Shown here: positions 16,285-24,076 of the stretch, one piece after another | Position numbering within the stretch: the first letter of the stretch is position 1 | How the letters are laid out: each line of letters opens with the position of its first letter | DNA from: a virus | Lineage: Duplodnaviria > Caudoviricetes | DNA length: 64,000 nt | Virus record (IMG/VR): IMGVR_UViG_3300032218_003260 | Reading direction: 5' to 3' (one strand) | Position numbers and translations under genes: made by a program | Notes under the pieces: model-generated | The model's database searches: none | Told to the model about the DNA's origin: nothing | What the model saw: the letters and a program-made list of their open reading frames with translations, nothing else

Positions 16285-17458
16285 GACAAATATCCCGCTC
16301 GATCAAGCGCATGACGTCAGCGGCCGCGAGACACACAGGCTGACGACTCTGTACCCGCAACCTGACTTTGTAAAAAATGCCGCGGATGAAAAATTAAGCG
16401 GCGCTGCGGATTTACCTCGTCATCTGTACGCTGATCAGCGCCATAAACTTTATCCGTGCCATACAGCCCCTGCAACATGGATGTCCGCGCTTTTCTTTGC
16501 TGACAAGCAAGCGCAGTTTGACGCCAAAGAGGCCGCGGCTATTCAATCTAGGATACACCAAACTGCCGAATATTTCGGTATTCGCGGGGCTGTGGCGGAA
16601 CTGGAAGAAAAGATTGCGGCCAGCGCTACACAGGATATTAACAGCCTACCGGACTCTGAATTTGCTATCGTCTGGGTCAGCGATGTGGGCGGCAAGGAGC
16701 GCCACTGGCCGCTGCGCAACGCCGGGGAGGTCAAATTTGCCGCCGCGCACTTTAAAACGTTCCGCGACAACTTCGTCTTCGAAGACCGCCACGTAATTGC
16801 CACAAAGATCCTCGAAAAGGCCGCGCAGTACAGCGCAGACGTTTCGGGGGCAGAGGGCTCGCTAGAGCTAGCGGCGGGGCTTGGCGCCTGCGCGGCTAAG
16901 GTAGCGAGCGACATGATCAAAGACCGCGTACGGCTTACCAGTCGGCAGCACACGCAGCTGGCGAGTGAGTTGTCAAAGTTAGCAGAAGCGGTTGACCAGA
17001 ACCCCGAGAGGGCGCGTACGGTCGACATGCGGCTAAAGTTGGCGAGCGCGGTCGATAATTTCGATAGGAGCACGCAGCTCTATCGACTCTACGACGCCGG
17101 CGGATTACCGCGGCCGGAAGAGGTCTTGTTTGCGATCACCGAAAAGGTGGCGCGGGACTTCATGGCGCAGAACGTCGAAACCACTACGGGCAACGTATAC
17201 GCTCTCGACGACCTTGAGAAGCTAGCCGTTGACGATGTACGCGAGTGGCTTGGCGACGACTTTGCTGACGCGGTAAGCGCCGGCGGCGTGTACATGGACC
17301 GCAGCAAGCTGGCAGCGATTGTTCCCACGCTCGACCGCGGTATGGCAACTATGCTGGACCGGCTCATGTCCGACAAGAGCGCCAGCGCTGTCGTGAAGTC
17401 AGCGTCAGCGGACAATCTGCTTTCGCTTGAGCGCCTTCGCGAGCTTGCGAGGGGCTGA
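16283..17458 (+). CDS. KxA-rich protein with two DUF6582-like repeats; putative head/scaffold protein
   Basis: AGGTAGG RBS before the ATG at 16283; repeats LPRHLYA...YPCHT and LPDSEFA...WPLRN; 14 of 20 Lys are in K-x-A. Confidence 0.65.
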   Translation: MTNIPLDQAHDVSGRETHRLTTLYPQPDFVKNAADEKLSGAADLPRHLYADQRHKLYPCHTAPATWMSALFFADKQAQFDAKEAAAIQSRIHQTAEYFGIRGAVAELEEKIAASATQDINSLPDSEFAIVWVSDVGGKERHWPLRNAGEVKFAAAHFKTFRDNFVFEDRHVIATKILEKAAQYSADVSGAEGSLELAAGLGACAAKVASDMIKDRVRLTSRQHTQLASELSKLAEAVDQNPERARTVDMRLKLASAVDNFDRSTQLYRLYDAGGLPRPEEVLFAITEKVARDFMAQNVETTTGNVYALDDLEKLAVDDVREWLGDDFADAVSAGGVYMDRSKLAAIVPTLDRGMATMLDRLMSDKSASAVVKSASADNLLSLERLRELARG

Positions 17459-17890
17459 GGCTTTTTTCTTCTTACGCGGAGCCGGGCCGAACAACGACTT
17501 AATATGTCGGAGTACGGCCGCTTCGCGCGTACGTTTGTAGTTTACATTGTCCCACGCTTGGTCGGCGTGTTCGACACCGCGGCGCGCGGCCTCGACGTCG
17601 TGGATAAGGCTGTAGTCCGGGTTATACCACTTAAATCCGCGACCCTTGCCTTTGTTCCATCTAAAGTCTGCTACTGATATCTCGTAGACGGTGTGCGTTA
17701 CGGTGTCGAGAATTATTTGCGCAGTGCATTTAAACTCTCGTGGTTTGTTCGGCAGCCGGATAGTCGCGTCAAGTATTTGCGCGTTGTTGCCGTAACAAGC
17801 CCAGCAGTACGCGGCGCTATCGGTTATCAGAAAGCGACAAGCGTTAAAAAAGCGATTAACCCGCAACGCGCCACAGTGATCAAATGTCAT
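17405..17890 (-). CDS. Hypothetical protein with basic C-terminus
   Basis: 161-aa ORF; ATGA overlap with the upstream gene. Confidence 0.6.
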   Translation of the reverse strand: MTFDHCGALRVNRFFNACRFLITDSAAYCWACYGNNAQILDATIRLPNKPREFKCTAQIILDTVTHTVYEISVADFRWNKGKGRGFKWYNPDYSLIHDVEAARRGVEHADQAWDNVNYKRTREAAVLRHIKSLFGPAPRKKKKASAPRKLAKALKRKQIVR

Positions 17891-18129
17891 TTTGATATCA
17901 AGTCCTTCAGTTTGCGAAATAGTTGCCGCACGGCTGGCATAAGCTGCCGCTTTCTTGACGGCTCAGCGCCCGGCTCAACGTTCTGAGAAGATAAGCCGCC
18001 AGACTGCTCTTCTAACTCGCTTCGGCAGTAGTCGAGGTAGAGTTGCCAGTTGTCATAGGCGTCTCTATCTTCTGCTCGTTCGTAGGGGATGTAGGGGGGC
18101 TCGTCGATGAGTCTGTCGTTCCAGCCCAT
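17887..18129 (-). CDS. Hypothetical protein (80 aa)
   Basis: ORF tiles between neighbours; overlaps the csrA tail. Confidence 0.5.
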   Translation of the reverse strand: MGWNDRLIDEPPYIPYERAEDRDAYDNWQLYLDYCRSELEEQSGGLSSQNVEPGAEPSRKRQLMPAVRQLFRKLKDLISK

Positions 18130-18302
18130 TTCTTTTTGTCCTTCTGTTTGCTCCCGTCAACTAACTCGCCGCGCACGATCGATGTCGTTTGCGGCGCGGT
18201 AAGACCAATTTTGACGCGGTCGCCTGTGATGCTTAAAACTTTCACAACAATCCCGTCGCCAATTACGACTTCCTGTTCTTTCTTCCTTGAGAGTACCAGC
18301 AT
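18012..18302 (-). CDS. csrA: Carbon storage regulator CsrA/RsmA-family translational regulator
   Basis: MLVLSRK..Q.VVIGDGIVVKVL.I.GDRVKIG..AP....IVRGE; RNA-binding L4, R6 and R44 retained. Confidence 0.92.
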   Translation of the reverse strand: MLVLSRKKEQEVVIGDGIVVKVLSITGDRVKIGLTAPQTTSIVRGELVDGSKQKDKKKWAGTTDSSTSPPTSPTNEQKIETPMTTGNSTSTTAEAS

Positions 18303-18312
18303 TGTGTCACCA

Positions 18313-18984
18313 TCATGATGTGGCTGAACCTTGTAACATTTTTACGACATACTCCGTGTTGCCGTTTTTAAGGTCCAGTGCGGCCATTTGTTTAATAAGT
18401 AAACCAGTCTTCAATCGAATCGACTGATTGATGTCTTCTGTCTTTCCCGTCTCAAAATCGTAGACCGCGTTAAACATCGTCGGGTCATCTGAGAAATCTG
18501 TAATGTTATGGCTGACCCGCGCGGCCCTCAACGCGATACGCAAAATGTCAGGGGCGTTAATGATTCCCTCGCTGTCCAGCACGGCGCCAATGTAACCGCG
18601 CACTTCGTCGGTGAACGGTTCTTTATCGTCGTCCTCTGGCGGGCTGATCAGCAGCGCTTCGGTAATACCCCACGCAACTTCTTCGGCGTCCGCGGGGTCC
18701 CACATATCTGGGCGGTATGTGTCACCGCCCAGCACGTTGCAGAACGTCACAAAGTCCGGCAGGCTTTTGAAAAACTTGTCGGTCGTGAGGATCTGAATCG
18801 CGACTAGCAGCTTGTCGAGCGCCAGTTGGGGTAGCTCGACGTCAAACTCCTCTTCGATTTCGAGGGTGATCGTCGACGGGTCCCAATCCAGCGCCTCGAT
18901 GCCGAACTTATCCAGAAACAGGGTCAGTAGGACGCTCGCAAACGTCTCCCTGCTTTTCCACGCTTCCTGCGCTATTGTTGCCAT
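18313..18984 (-). CDS. Conserved large-phage hypothetical protein
   Basis: WDPSTI..EIEEEF...DKL...I..LTTD.FF....F..FCNVL...AWGITEA pattern; start at ATG 18984. Confidence 0.65.
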   Translation of the reverse strand: MATIAQEAWKSRETFASVLLTLFLDKFGIEALDWDPSTITLEIEEEFDVELPQLALDKLLVAIQILTTDKFFKSLPDFVTFCNVLGGDTYRPDMWDPADAEEVAWGITEALLISPPEDDDKEPFTDEVRGYIGAVLDSEGIINAPDILRIALRAARVSHNITDFSDDPTMFNAVYDFETGKTEDINQSIRLKTGLLIKQMAALDLKNGNTEYVVKMLQGSATS

Positions 18985-19417
18985 TGAGTCCGGCCCTGCT
19001 CTTGATGATCTGCACGCCCCGGCGGTACAGCTCACTCAGATTATACGCTATCGTCTCCAGCGGACGGCGCGGGAGAAAATCGCATTTCTCGCCGGACTCT
19101 AGCGAAATCCAGCCCATCGCGCCAGTCCATGTGACGTGCCGGCCGTCCGCAAACGCGAGCGTGGCGGAGCAGTCACCTTGGATATCTTCGATGGGCAGGT
19201 CCAGCTCTTGTCGAGTCTGGCGCAGCAGTTCTCCGATCATCAGCCGCTGTTCGCTCGACAAGAAATTTAGGTTCTCCAACATATCGGCAAGCAGCAAATA
19301 AAACACCGCTTCCGTATTGACAATCATTGCCGGGCTATACGTCCACTGGCGTCTTAAAACGTTCGTAAAAACGTTGCGAATTTGCAACTTGCTAAGTTTC
19401 ATGACCTGCATTACCAT
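18908..19417 (-). CDS. Hypothetical protein (start uncertain)
   Basis: Long ORF; start shortened because the plus gene at 19455 has its own RBS. Confidence 0.55.
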   Translation of the reverse strand: MVMQVMKLSKLQIRNVFTNVLRRQWTYSPAMIVNTEAVFYLLLADMLENLNFLSSEQRLMIGELLRQTRQELDLPIEDIQGDCSATLAFADGRHVTWTGAMGWISLESGEKCDFLPRRPLETIAYNLSELYRRGVQIIKSRAGLNGNNSAGSVEKQGDVCERPTDPVSG

Positions 19418-19454
19418 ATCGAGCGTCAGGTCTACTTTTTCTTCGGAGGTATCT

Positions 19455-19733
19455 ATGTCCGTTTCCATTATCGACAACCTTTCTAATATCACGCAGGGCC
19501 GAGCTGAGATTATCGTCAGTGCCGATGGTATCGAGGAACTGCTGTCGGCTGCAACTGCCAACGTCGTGCTGCAGAAGGCAGCGGAAGCCGGCCTGCACCG
19601 ACCGGGCGTGTCCAGCGCGAGCGGGCCTTATCCGGTTGACGCCGACGGCAAGACCGACGACGAGCTGATGATGGGCAAGCGCGGGCCGGTTGTCGGCTAC
19701 CGCCGAGATTTTGTTATCTTGGCGTCGCTCTGA
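19455..19733 (+). CDS. Hypothetical protein (92 aa)
   Basis: GGAGGT RBS 4 nt before the ATG; stop abuts the convergent gene (TGATCA). Confidence 0.7.
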   Translation: MSVSIIDNLSNITQGRAEIIVSADGIEELLSAATANVVLQKAAEAGLHRPGVSSASGPYPVDADGKTDDELMMGKRGPVVGYRRDFVILASL

Positions 19734-20051
19734 TCAGGCGTCGTCAGATCGGTCGACTACCGACATGCTTGCGGCCGTGCCGTTGATAAATTCGATAACG
19801 GCAAAGCACACAGGCGTGCGGCAATCTATATCAAGACGTTTCGCGGCGGCATACCCGGCGCGGAAGCTTGTTTTCTTTGCCGCGGCGATGGCGGCTGCTT
19901 TTGTGCGGAACAGGCCAACGGGCACGTCGTCCATCGTGTGCCGCCATACAACAAGGTAACCGCACATCCGTGCGGCGGCATTGCTTAGCGTTTCTGGTTT
20001 GCTCTCACCCGAGGCGCGCGGAGCGCGCCTCTTCTTTTGCGTTTTTGACAT
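19734..20051 (-). CDS. Hypothetical protein
   Basis: GGAGGAG RBS; YLVVWRHTMDD.P..LF...AAA..AA motif. Confidence 0.65.
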   Translation of the reverse strand: MSKTQKKRRAPRASGESKPETLSNAAARMCGYLVVWRHTMDDVPVGLFRTKAAAIAAAKKTSFRAGYAAAKRLDIDCRTPVCFAVIEFINGTAASMSVVDRSDDA

Positions 20052-20052
20052 T

Positions 20053-20532
20053 TCACTCCTCCATTCCGAACTTGTCGATGTGCGCCAGTCTGGCGCAGTA
20101 GAACTCAGCCACAGGCCCGGCTACAGCGCCGAACCGTTTGACCATGTCTGGAATCACCTGCTCGTTAAACACGCGCAGGATAACTTTCCGAAACTTGGCG
20201 ACGGCTTCTTTTGTGTAACCTTCTTCTCTCGCTTTCTCGGCGGCTTTACGGATGTCTGCATTGCCGTCAAATTGCATCTGAAGATAGGCCGGGTTTACAA
20301 ACTCAATAATGTGCCCGTATACCTGTCTGACCTCATATGAGCAGGGCACGTCAAATACACCGCGGCCGGGCCAGCGTTCGCCGTTCACTTCGTCGTCTGA
20401 CAGGTATCGCAGCTTCCCCAGCGTCCAACCGAATGCCGCCGCGTCATCATTCGGTTCAGCCATGACAAAGGCTGGTTTTGGCGCTGGCGGTTGTTTGTCA
20501 AGTTTTGCTGCAGATTTACTTTTACGCGCCAT
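20053..20532 (-). CDS. Hypothetical protein (159 aa)
   Basis: ORF tiles with neighbours; basic N-terminus. Confidence 0.65.
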   Translation of the reverse strand: MARKSKSAAKLDKQPPAPKPAFVMAEPNDDAAAFGWTLGKLRYLSDDEVNGERWPGRGVFDVPCSYEVRQVYGHIIEFVNPAYLQMQFDGNADIRKAAEKAREEGYTKEAVAKFRKVILRVFNEQVIPDMVKRFGAVAGPVAEFYCARLAHIDKFGMEE

Positions 20533-20566
20533 AATTCACAATAGCTAAGGAAAATTGGGACAGTTT

Positions 20567-20643
20567 TGTTCTGACCGTGTAGCCGGGAGTCACATCAGCC
20601 GTCATAAGACGAATAGATGTGTCCCGACTACACAGTCAGAACA
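20567..20643 (-). ncRNA. Long intergenic hairpin (22-bp basal stem plus 6-bp and 4-bp stems)
   Basis: Minus TGTTCTGACTGTGTAGTCGGGA pairs with TCCCGGCTACACGGTCAGAACA (two G-U); CACATC/GATGTG; CGTC-TTAT-GACG apex. Confidence 0.7.
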
Positions 20644-20652
20644 CGCCGAAGA

Positions 20653-21027
20653 TCAGTCTCCGGCGGTGCAAGCAATGTACGCATGGTACTGGGCTATAGC
20701 CTCAATGTTAGGATCAATCTCTCTAAAGACTGGCTCATCATCCATAGTGGCCAGATCACCGCGAAAAAGCGCTGTCGTGTACTCGTGATACAGCCGAGCC
20801 ATATCACCACGCAGGTTCTTCTTGGTGAATTTAAGCACGCGCTCCTTCAGAAAGGCGGCGCGTTCCCAGAAGTTCGGCATCAGGTCTAGCTGATCCCGAA
20901 ACTTCTCTGCAGTCTTCTCGAAAAGCTTATGCGCCCTATCAGGAACAATCTGAAACTGGGGCGCGGCTTTTTTGCATCGAGCGGTGACTGCAAGGCGGAT
21001 TTGCTCCGCCGGGGGAGAAAGAAGCAT
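20653..21027 (-). CDS. Hypothetical protein (124 aa) flanked by structured RNA
   Basis: ACGGAG RBS; helical ORF. Confidence 0.7.
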   Translation of the reverse strand: MLLSPPAEQIRLAVTARCKKAAPQFQIVPDRAHKLFEKTAEKFRDQLDLMPNFWERAAFLKERVLKFTKKNLRGDMARLYHEYTTALFRGDLATMDDEPVFREIDPNIEAIAQYHAYIACTAGD

Positions 21028-21207
21028 GCGTTAACTCCGTTGTAACGCGGTAGAGAAGAGCCGCTAATACGATATAGCAGCGACAATAAATATGCCGCGA
21101 TTTTGGCAAAAATTTAGCTGCCGTTCGGAATTCGCGAATTGCAAAAGTGCCTGTCAGTACAGGACTTACGACGCGGTATAGCGTGTTCTGGAAAATGGAA
21201 AATGCAA

Positions 21208-21287
21208 CCGCCGCCCCGCGCTGCCTAAGAGCGTGAAGCCCGTGGGTTACGTGGCACGTAACCCGTCAGCAGACCGCAGGGCGGCGG
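21208..21287 (-). ncRNA. Putative structured RNA (three-way junction)
   Basis: P1 CCGCCGCCCUGCG/CGCGGGGCGGCGG plus CUGC/GCAG; P2 GGGUUACGU-GCC-ACGUAACCC; P3 GGGC-UUCAC-GCUC; lies in a 290-nt intergenic gap. Confidence 0.6.
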
Positions 21288-21317
21288 AAGATCGCAACCT
21301 ACACATGGCAGGTGCGG

Positions 21318-21620
21318 CTAGAAGGTCAACTGGACTACTTGCCCGCCAGCGTTGACGTAAACAACGCGGATCTTTTTAGTATCCAGCAGAGATTTGAGTT
21401 GCGTCTTTTTTTCGCTGCTAAGGCCGGCAAGACACGATTTAATTTGCGCCATAGCGCTTCGCCGTTTTTCTTGGCGTTTATGTGCGCAAGCGCCGCAACC
21501 GCTATTGTTTGTCCGAAACAATTCGAGCTTGTTGTAAAAACATGGAATTGATTCAGAGTACGTTGGGTCGCTCAGTAAAGATATTATTGTGTTGTCTTCA
21601 AGCACTACTAGATCGCGCAT
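21318..21620 (-). CDS. Hypothetical protein with CxxC
   Basis: GCGACAHK motif; last gene of the virion operon. Confidence 0.65.
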   Translation of the reverse strand: MRDLVVLEDNTIISLLSDPTYSESIPCFYNKLELFRTNNSGCGACAHKRQEKRRSAMAQIKSCLAGLSSEKKTQLKSLLDTKKIRVVYVNAGGQVVQLTF

Positions 21621-21627
21621 AGTACTC

Positions 21628-22152
21628 TCACGGCGCTGGAGGTGGTGGCGGACCAATCCATGTTTCTCCGCCCGGCAATAGATTGTCAGCCACGTCGAGC
21701 GTGTTTTTAAGTCGCTGTACGTCTTCCGCTACGTCTTCGATAAATGCTTTGACTTCTGCCCGCGAGCGCAGAAGCACGTCAACGTAGTTCAGTCGAAACC
21801 ACGCCGGGCGGTAATTTGGGAGCGGGTCGTCTTCTGGGTATTCTTCCAGATCCGTGGGCGAGCATACGTGGTCAAAAGCTCCGACCCGCTCTTCTGCGCC
21901 CGGTTTGAGTGGTAGCAGCTGATAAGCGAATATTTTTGTCGGCATATTTACGGCGTCGCTGGCGGTAATGCGCACGCGAATGCCGTCTGTGGTTTCGTAG
22001 TTATATCGGCTGACCTGCCACGTTAATTTGACGCGTCGCGGATTGCCCGGCGGCGGAGGGGGCGGATCAAGGTCGGGGATATAGAAATTGAGCCCAAGTG
22101 TTTCCGGCAGCTCAATAATGCCTTCGAGCGGATCTGGTTGGCAATTTGTCAT
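21628..22152 (-). CDS. Hypothetical virion-module protein
   Basis: 174-aa ORF with Pro-rich ends; tiles in the operon. Confidence 0.65.
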   Translation of the reverse strand: MTNCQPDPLEGIIELPETLGLNFYIPDLDPPPPPPGNPRRVKLTWQVSRYNYETTDGIRVRITASDAVNMPTKIFAYQLLPLKPGAEERVGAFDHVCSPTDLEEYPEDDPLPNYRPAWFRLNYVDVLLRSRAEVKAFIEDVAEDVQRLKNTLDVADNLLPGGETWIGPPPPPAP

Positions 22153-22159
22153 GTTATTT

Positions 22160-22432
22160 TTACTCCGGCAGAACGCGGGCTGTAATGTTAACTGGCCCCG
22201 GCGTCGTTGAGCGCACGTAGGCTAGCGCCAGTCCGTCGTCGTCCGTTGGTCCCGGTTGTGTGACTTGAGCGGTTGGTACGTCGGCCACTATTTCTGTTTG
22301 GCGGCCGACTACAGGGCGATTCCAGTGATCACGTAAACGAATTTTTACAACCGCAGCCTTCACGCCGTCTGCTAGTACCTGCGGTTTTGAGCCGTACAAA
22401 ATTTTGGAGTTCTGCGGGCTGACATAGCTCAT
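22160..22432 (-). CDS. Big-1 (invasin/intimin-type) Ig-like domain protein
   Basis: ADG..A.VVKIRLRD..N.PV.G.......TD.DG.A.A.VRSTTPG.V.ITA. Confidence 0.75.
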   Translation of the reverse strand: MSYVSPQNSKILYGSKPQVLADGVKAAVVKIRLRDHWNRPVVGRQTEIVADVPTAQVTQPGPTDDDGLALAYVRSTTPGPVNITARVLPE

Positions 22433-22797
22433 GGGTACGAATACCTCTGCGGCGCGTCACCGTTTGGCGGCGCGTAATATATTGTAACTCCTGTCGTCTC
22501 GATATTCGGTGTCTTGGCGACAAATTGAATGAATTGCCGCATGATCTCTTGATCGCCGTCTTTTGAGCTATTAAGCGTGTCGACAAACGCCTGCACACAC
22601 GGCGAAAACACGTTACTATCTGCGCGGCAACGGCATCCGCGTTCTTTTGCTGATTTTTCAAAAGCGTCGTTGCAGGCTTTAAATTGTTCTTTCAGCGGTG
22701 TCATGCCGGGCACTGCGCTAAAAAAATCGTCCTGCCGTCCAAACTGCATTATGTTATCTCGTCCAATCGAGATCATACGCGTAATGCGTTGCGTCAT
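22429..22797 (-). CDS. Hypothetical protein with Cys cluster
   Basis: GCRCRAD...PC motif; GTG-AGGA-CAC hairpin over the RBS. Confidence 0.6.
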   Translation of the reverse strand: MTQRITRMISIGRDNIMQFGRQDDFFSAVPGMTPLKEQFKACNDAFEKSAKERGCRCRADSNVFSPCVQAFVDTLNSSKDGDQEIMRQFIQFVAKTPNIETTGVTIYYAPPNGDAPQRYSYP

Positions 22798-22851
22798 AGC
22801 CGTGTCCTCACAGAGTTATGGTCGCATTTTAATCGGCACAAAGAAATCGCG

Positions 22852-24075
22852 CTACGACTGCGCGGCGGCTTTAACGGCCGCTCTGAGTGTCGCGTTTGTT
22901 TGCAGTTCGGCGATAAGCTGACTAAGCGTTAATTCGCCGTGTGGCCCTGTCGGCCCTGTTGCGCCCATGTTGCCGCACGGCCCGGTAGCGCCGGTATGGC
23001 CGACGCCTGTCGCCCCAGTGGCCCCACGCGGCCCTGACGGCCCTGTTACGCCGCGAGGTCCTGTGGCGCCTTGAATACCGGTAGCCCCGGCGGCGCCGCG
23101 TGAGCCGCGTGCGCCGGCTGGGCCAGATTGACCCTGCGGCCCCTGAGCACCCTGCGGCCCGGCGTTACCTTGCGGACCCATCAAACCCTGTGGCCCAATT
23201 AATCCCTGCGGCCCTTGCGCGCCTTGCGGCCCGCGGTCACCCTTGGGCCCTGTCTGACCTTTAGGTCCGGTTGCTCCGGTCGCGCCGATACCCCCGGTGG
23301 CCCCTGTGGCGCCATCAATGCCGTTTTTACCGGCCGGGCCTGTCGGGCCTGTCGGGCCTGTCGGGCCTTTTGGTCCGGTGGGCCCTGTAGATCCGCGCGG
23401 CCCGGTCGCGCCTGTTGCGCCTGTGGCCCCGCGCGGTCCCGTAGGTCCTGTTGCGCCCGTAAAACCTACTGCGCCCTGCGGACCAGTTGCGCCACGAGGA
23501 CCCGTGGGGCCGATTTTTCCCGTCGGTCCAGTTGGACCCGTTGCGCCTTTTTCGCCTTTATCGCCTTTATCGCCTTTATTGCCTTGCGGGCCTCGCGGGC
23601 CTGTCATGCCAGTGGGGCCTTTATCTCCTTTATCGCCTTTTTCTCCTTTATCTCCTTTGTCGCCTTTTTCTCCTTTATCGCCTTGCGGGCCCGGCATGCC
23701 GATAGCGCCTACGGGTCCTTGAATACCCATGTCGCCTTTTTCGCCTTTTTCGCCTTTATCGCCTTTATTGCCTCTTTCTCCGCGATCACCTTTATTGCCT
23801 TGATCGCCTTTTTCGCCTTTTTCGCCTTTATCGCCTTTGTCGCCTTTGCTGCCTGTGTCGCCTTTGTCACCTTTGTCGCCGCTATCGCCCTTGTCGCCAT
23901 CGTCTCCTTTATCGCCGCTATCGCCCTGCGGACCCGGCGAACCTTGCGGGCCCGGCGGTCCGGGTTCTCCCCGCGGCCCGGGCGGACCGGGCGTACAGCC
24001 GCTTGACGAGAGTTTTGGTCCCTCGTACGGAACAAACTCAATTTCGTTGTCGTTGCTATTAAAAGGCGCAGTCAT
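22852..24075 (-). CDS. Collagen-like fibre protein
   Basis: About 350 aa of uninterrupted Gly-X-Y (GDK/GEK, then GAT/GPT); short helical C-terminus. Confidence 0.9.
   Translation of the reverse strand: MTAPFNSNDNEIEFVPYEGPKLSSSGCTPGPPGPRGEPGPPGPQGSPGPQGDSGDKGDDGDKGDSGDKGDKGDTGSKGDKGDKGEKGEKGDQGNKGDRGERGNKGDKGEKGEKGDMGIQGPVGAIGMPGPQGDKGEKGDKGDKGEKGDKGDKGPTGMTGPRGPQGNKGDKGDKGEKGATGPTGPTGKIGPTGPRGATGPQGAVGFTGATGPTGPRGATGATGATGPRGSTGPTGPKGPTGPTGPTGPAGKNGIDGATGATGGIGATGATGPKGQTGPKGDRGPQGAQGPQGLIGPQGLMGPQGNAGPQGAQGPQGQSGPAGARGSRGAAGATGIQGATGPRGVTGPSGPRGATGATGVGHTGATGPCGNMGATGPTGPHGELTLSQLIAELQTNATLRAAVKAAAQS
22943..23007. repeat. 65-bp exact direct repeat, copy 1 (copy 2 at 24300-24364)
   Basis: Identical sequence encoding [22 protein letters not shown] in both collagen genes. 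Confidence 0.9.
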
Positions 24076-24076
24076 G

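Noticed and set aside
19469-19561. N-terminal extension of the minus ORF 18908..19561 given by the ORF track
   Set aside because: It would overlap the plus gene at 19455, which has a GGAGGT RBS; a later start is more plausible.
21129-21140. Perfect 12-bp palindrome AATTCGCGAATT
   Set aside because: About 15 palindromes of this length are expected by chance in 64 kb; nothing else supports an operator.
21208-21287. Assignment of the three-way junction as hammerhead ribozyme, SRP RNA or tRNA
   Set aside because: No CUGANGA/GAAA core, no SRP GNRA loop with its conserved internal loop, and no T-loop or anticodon arm.
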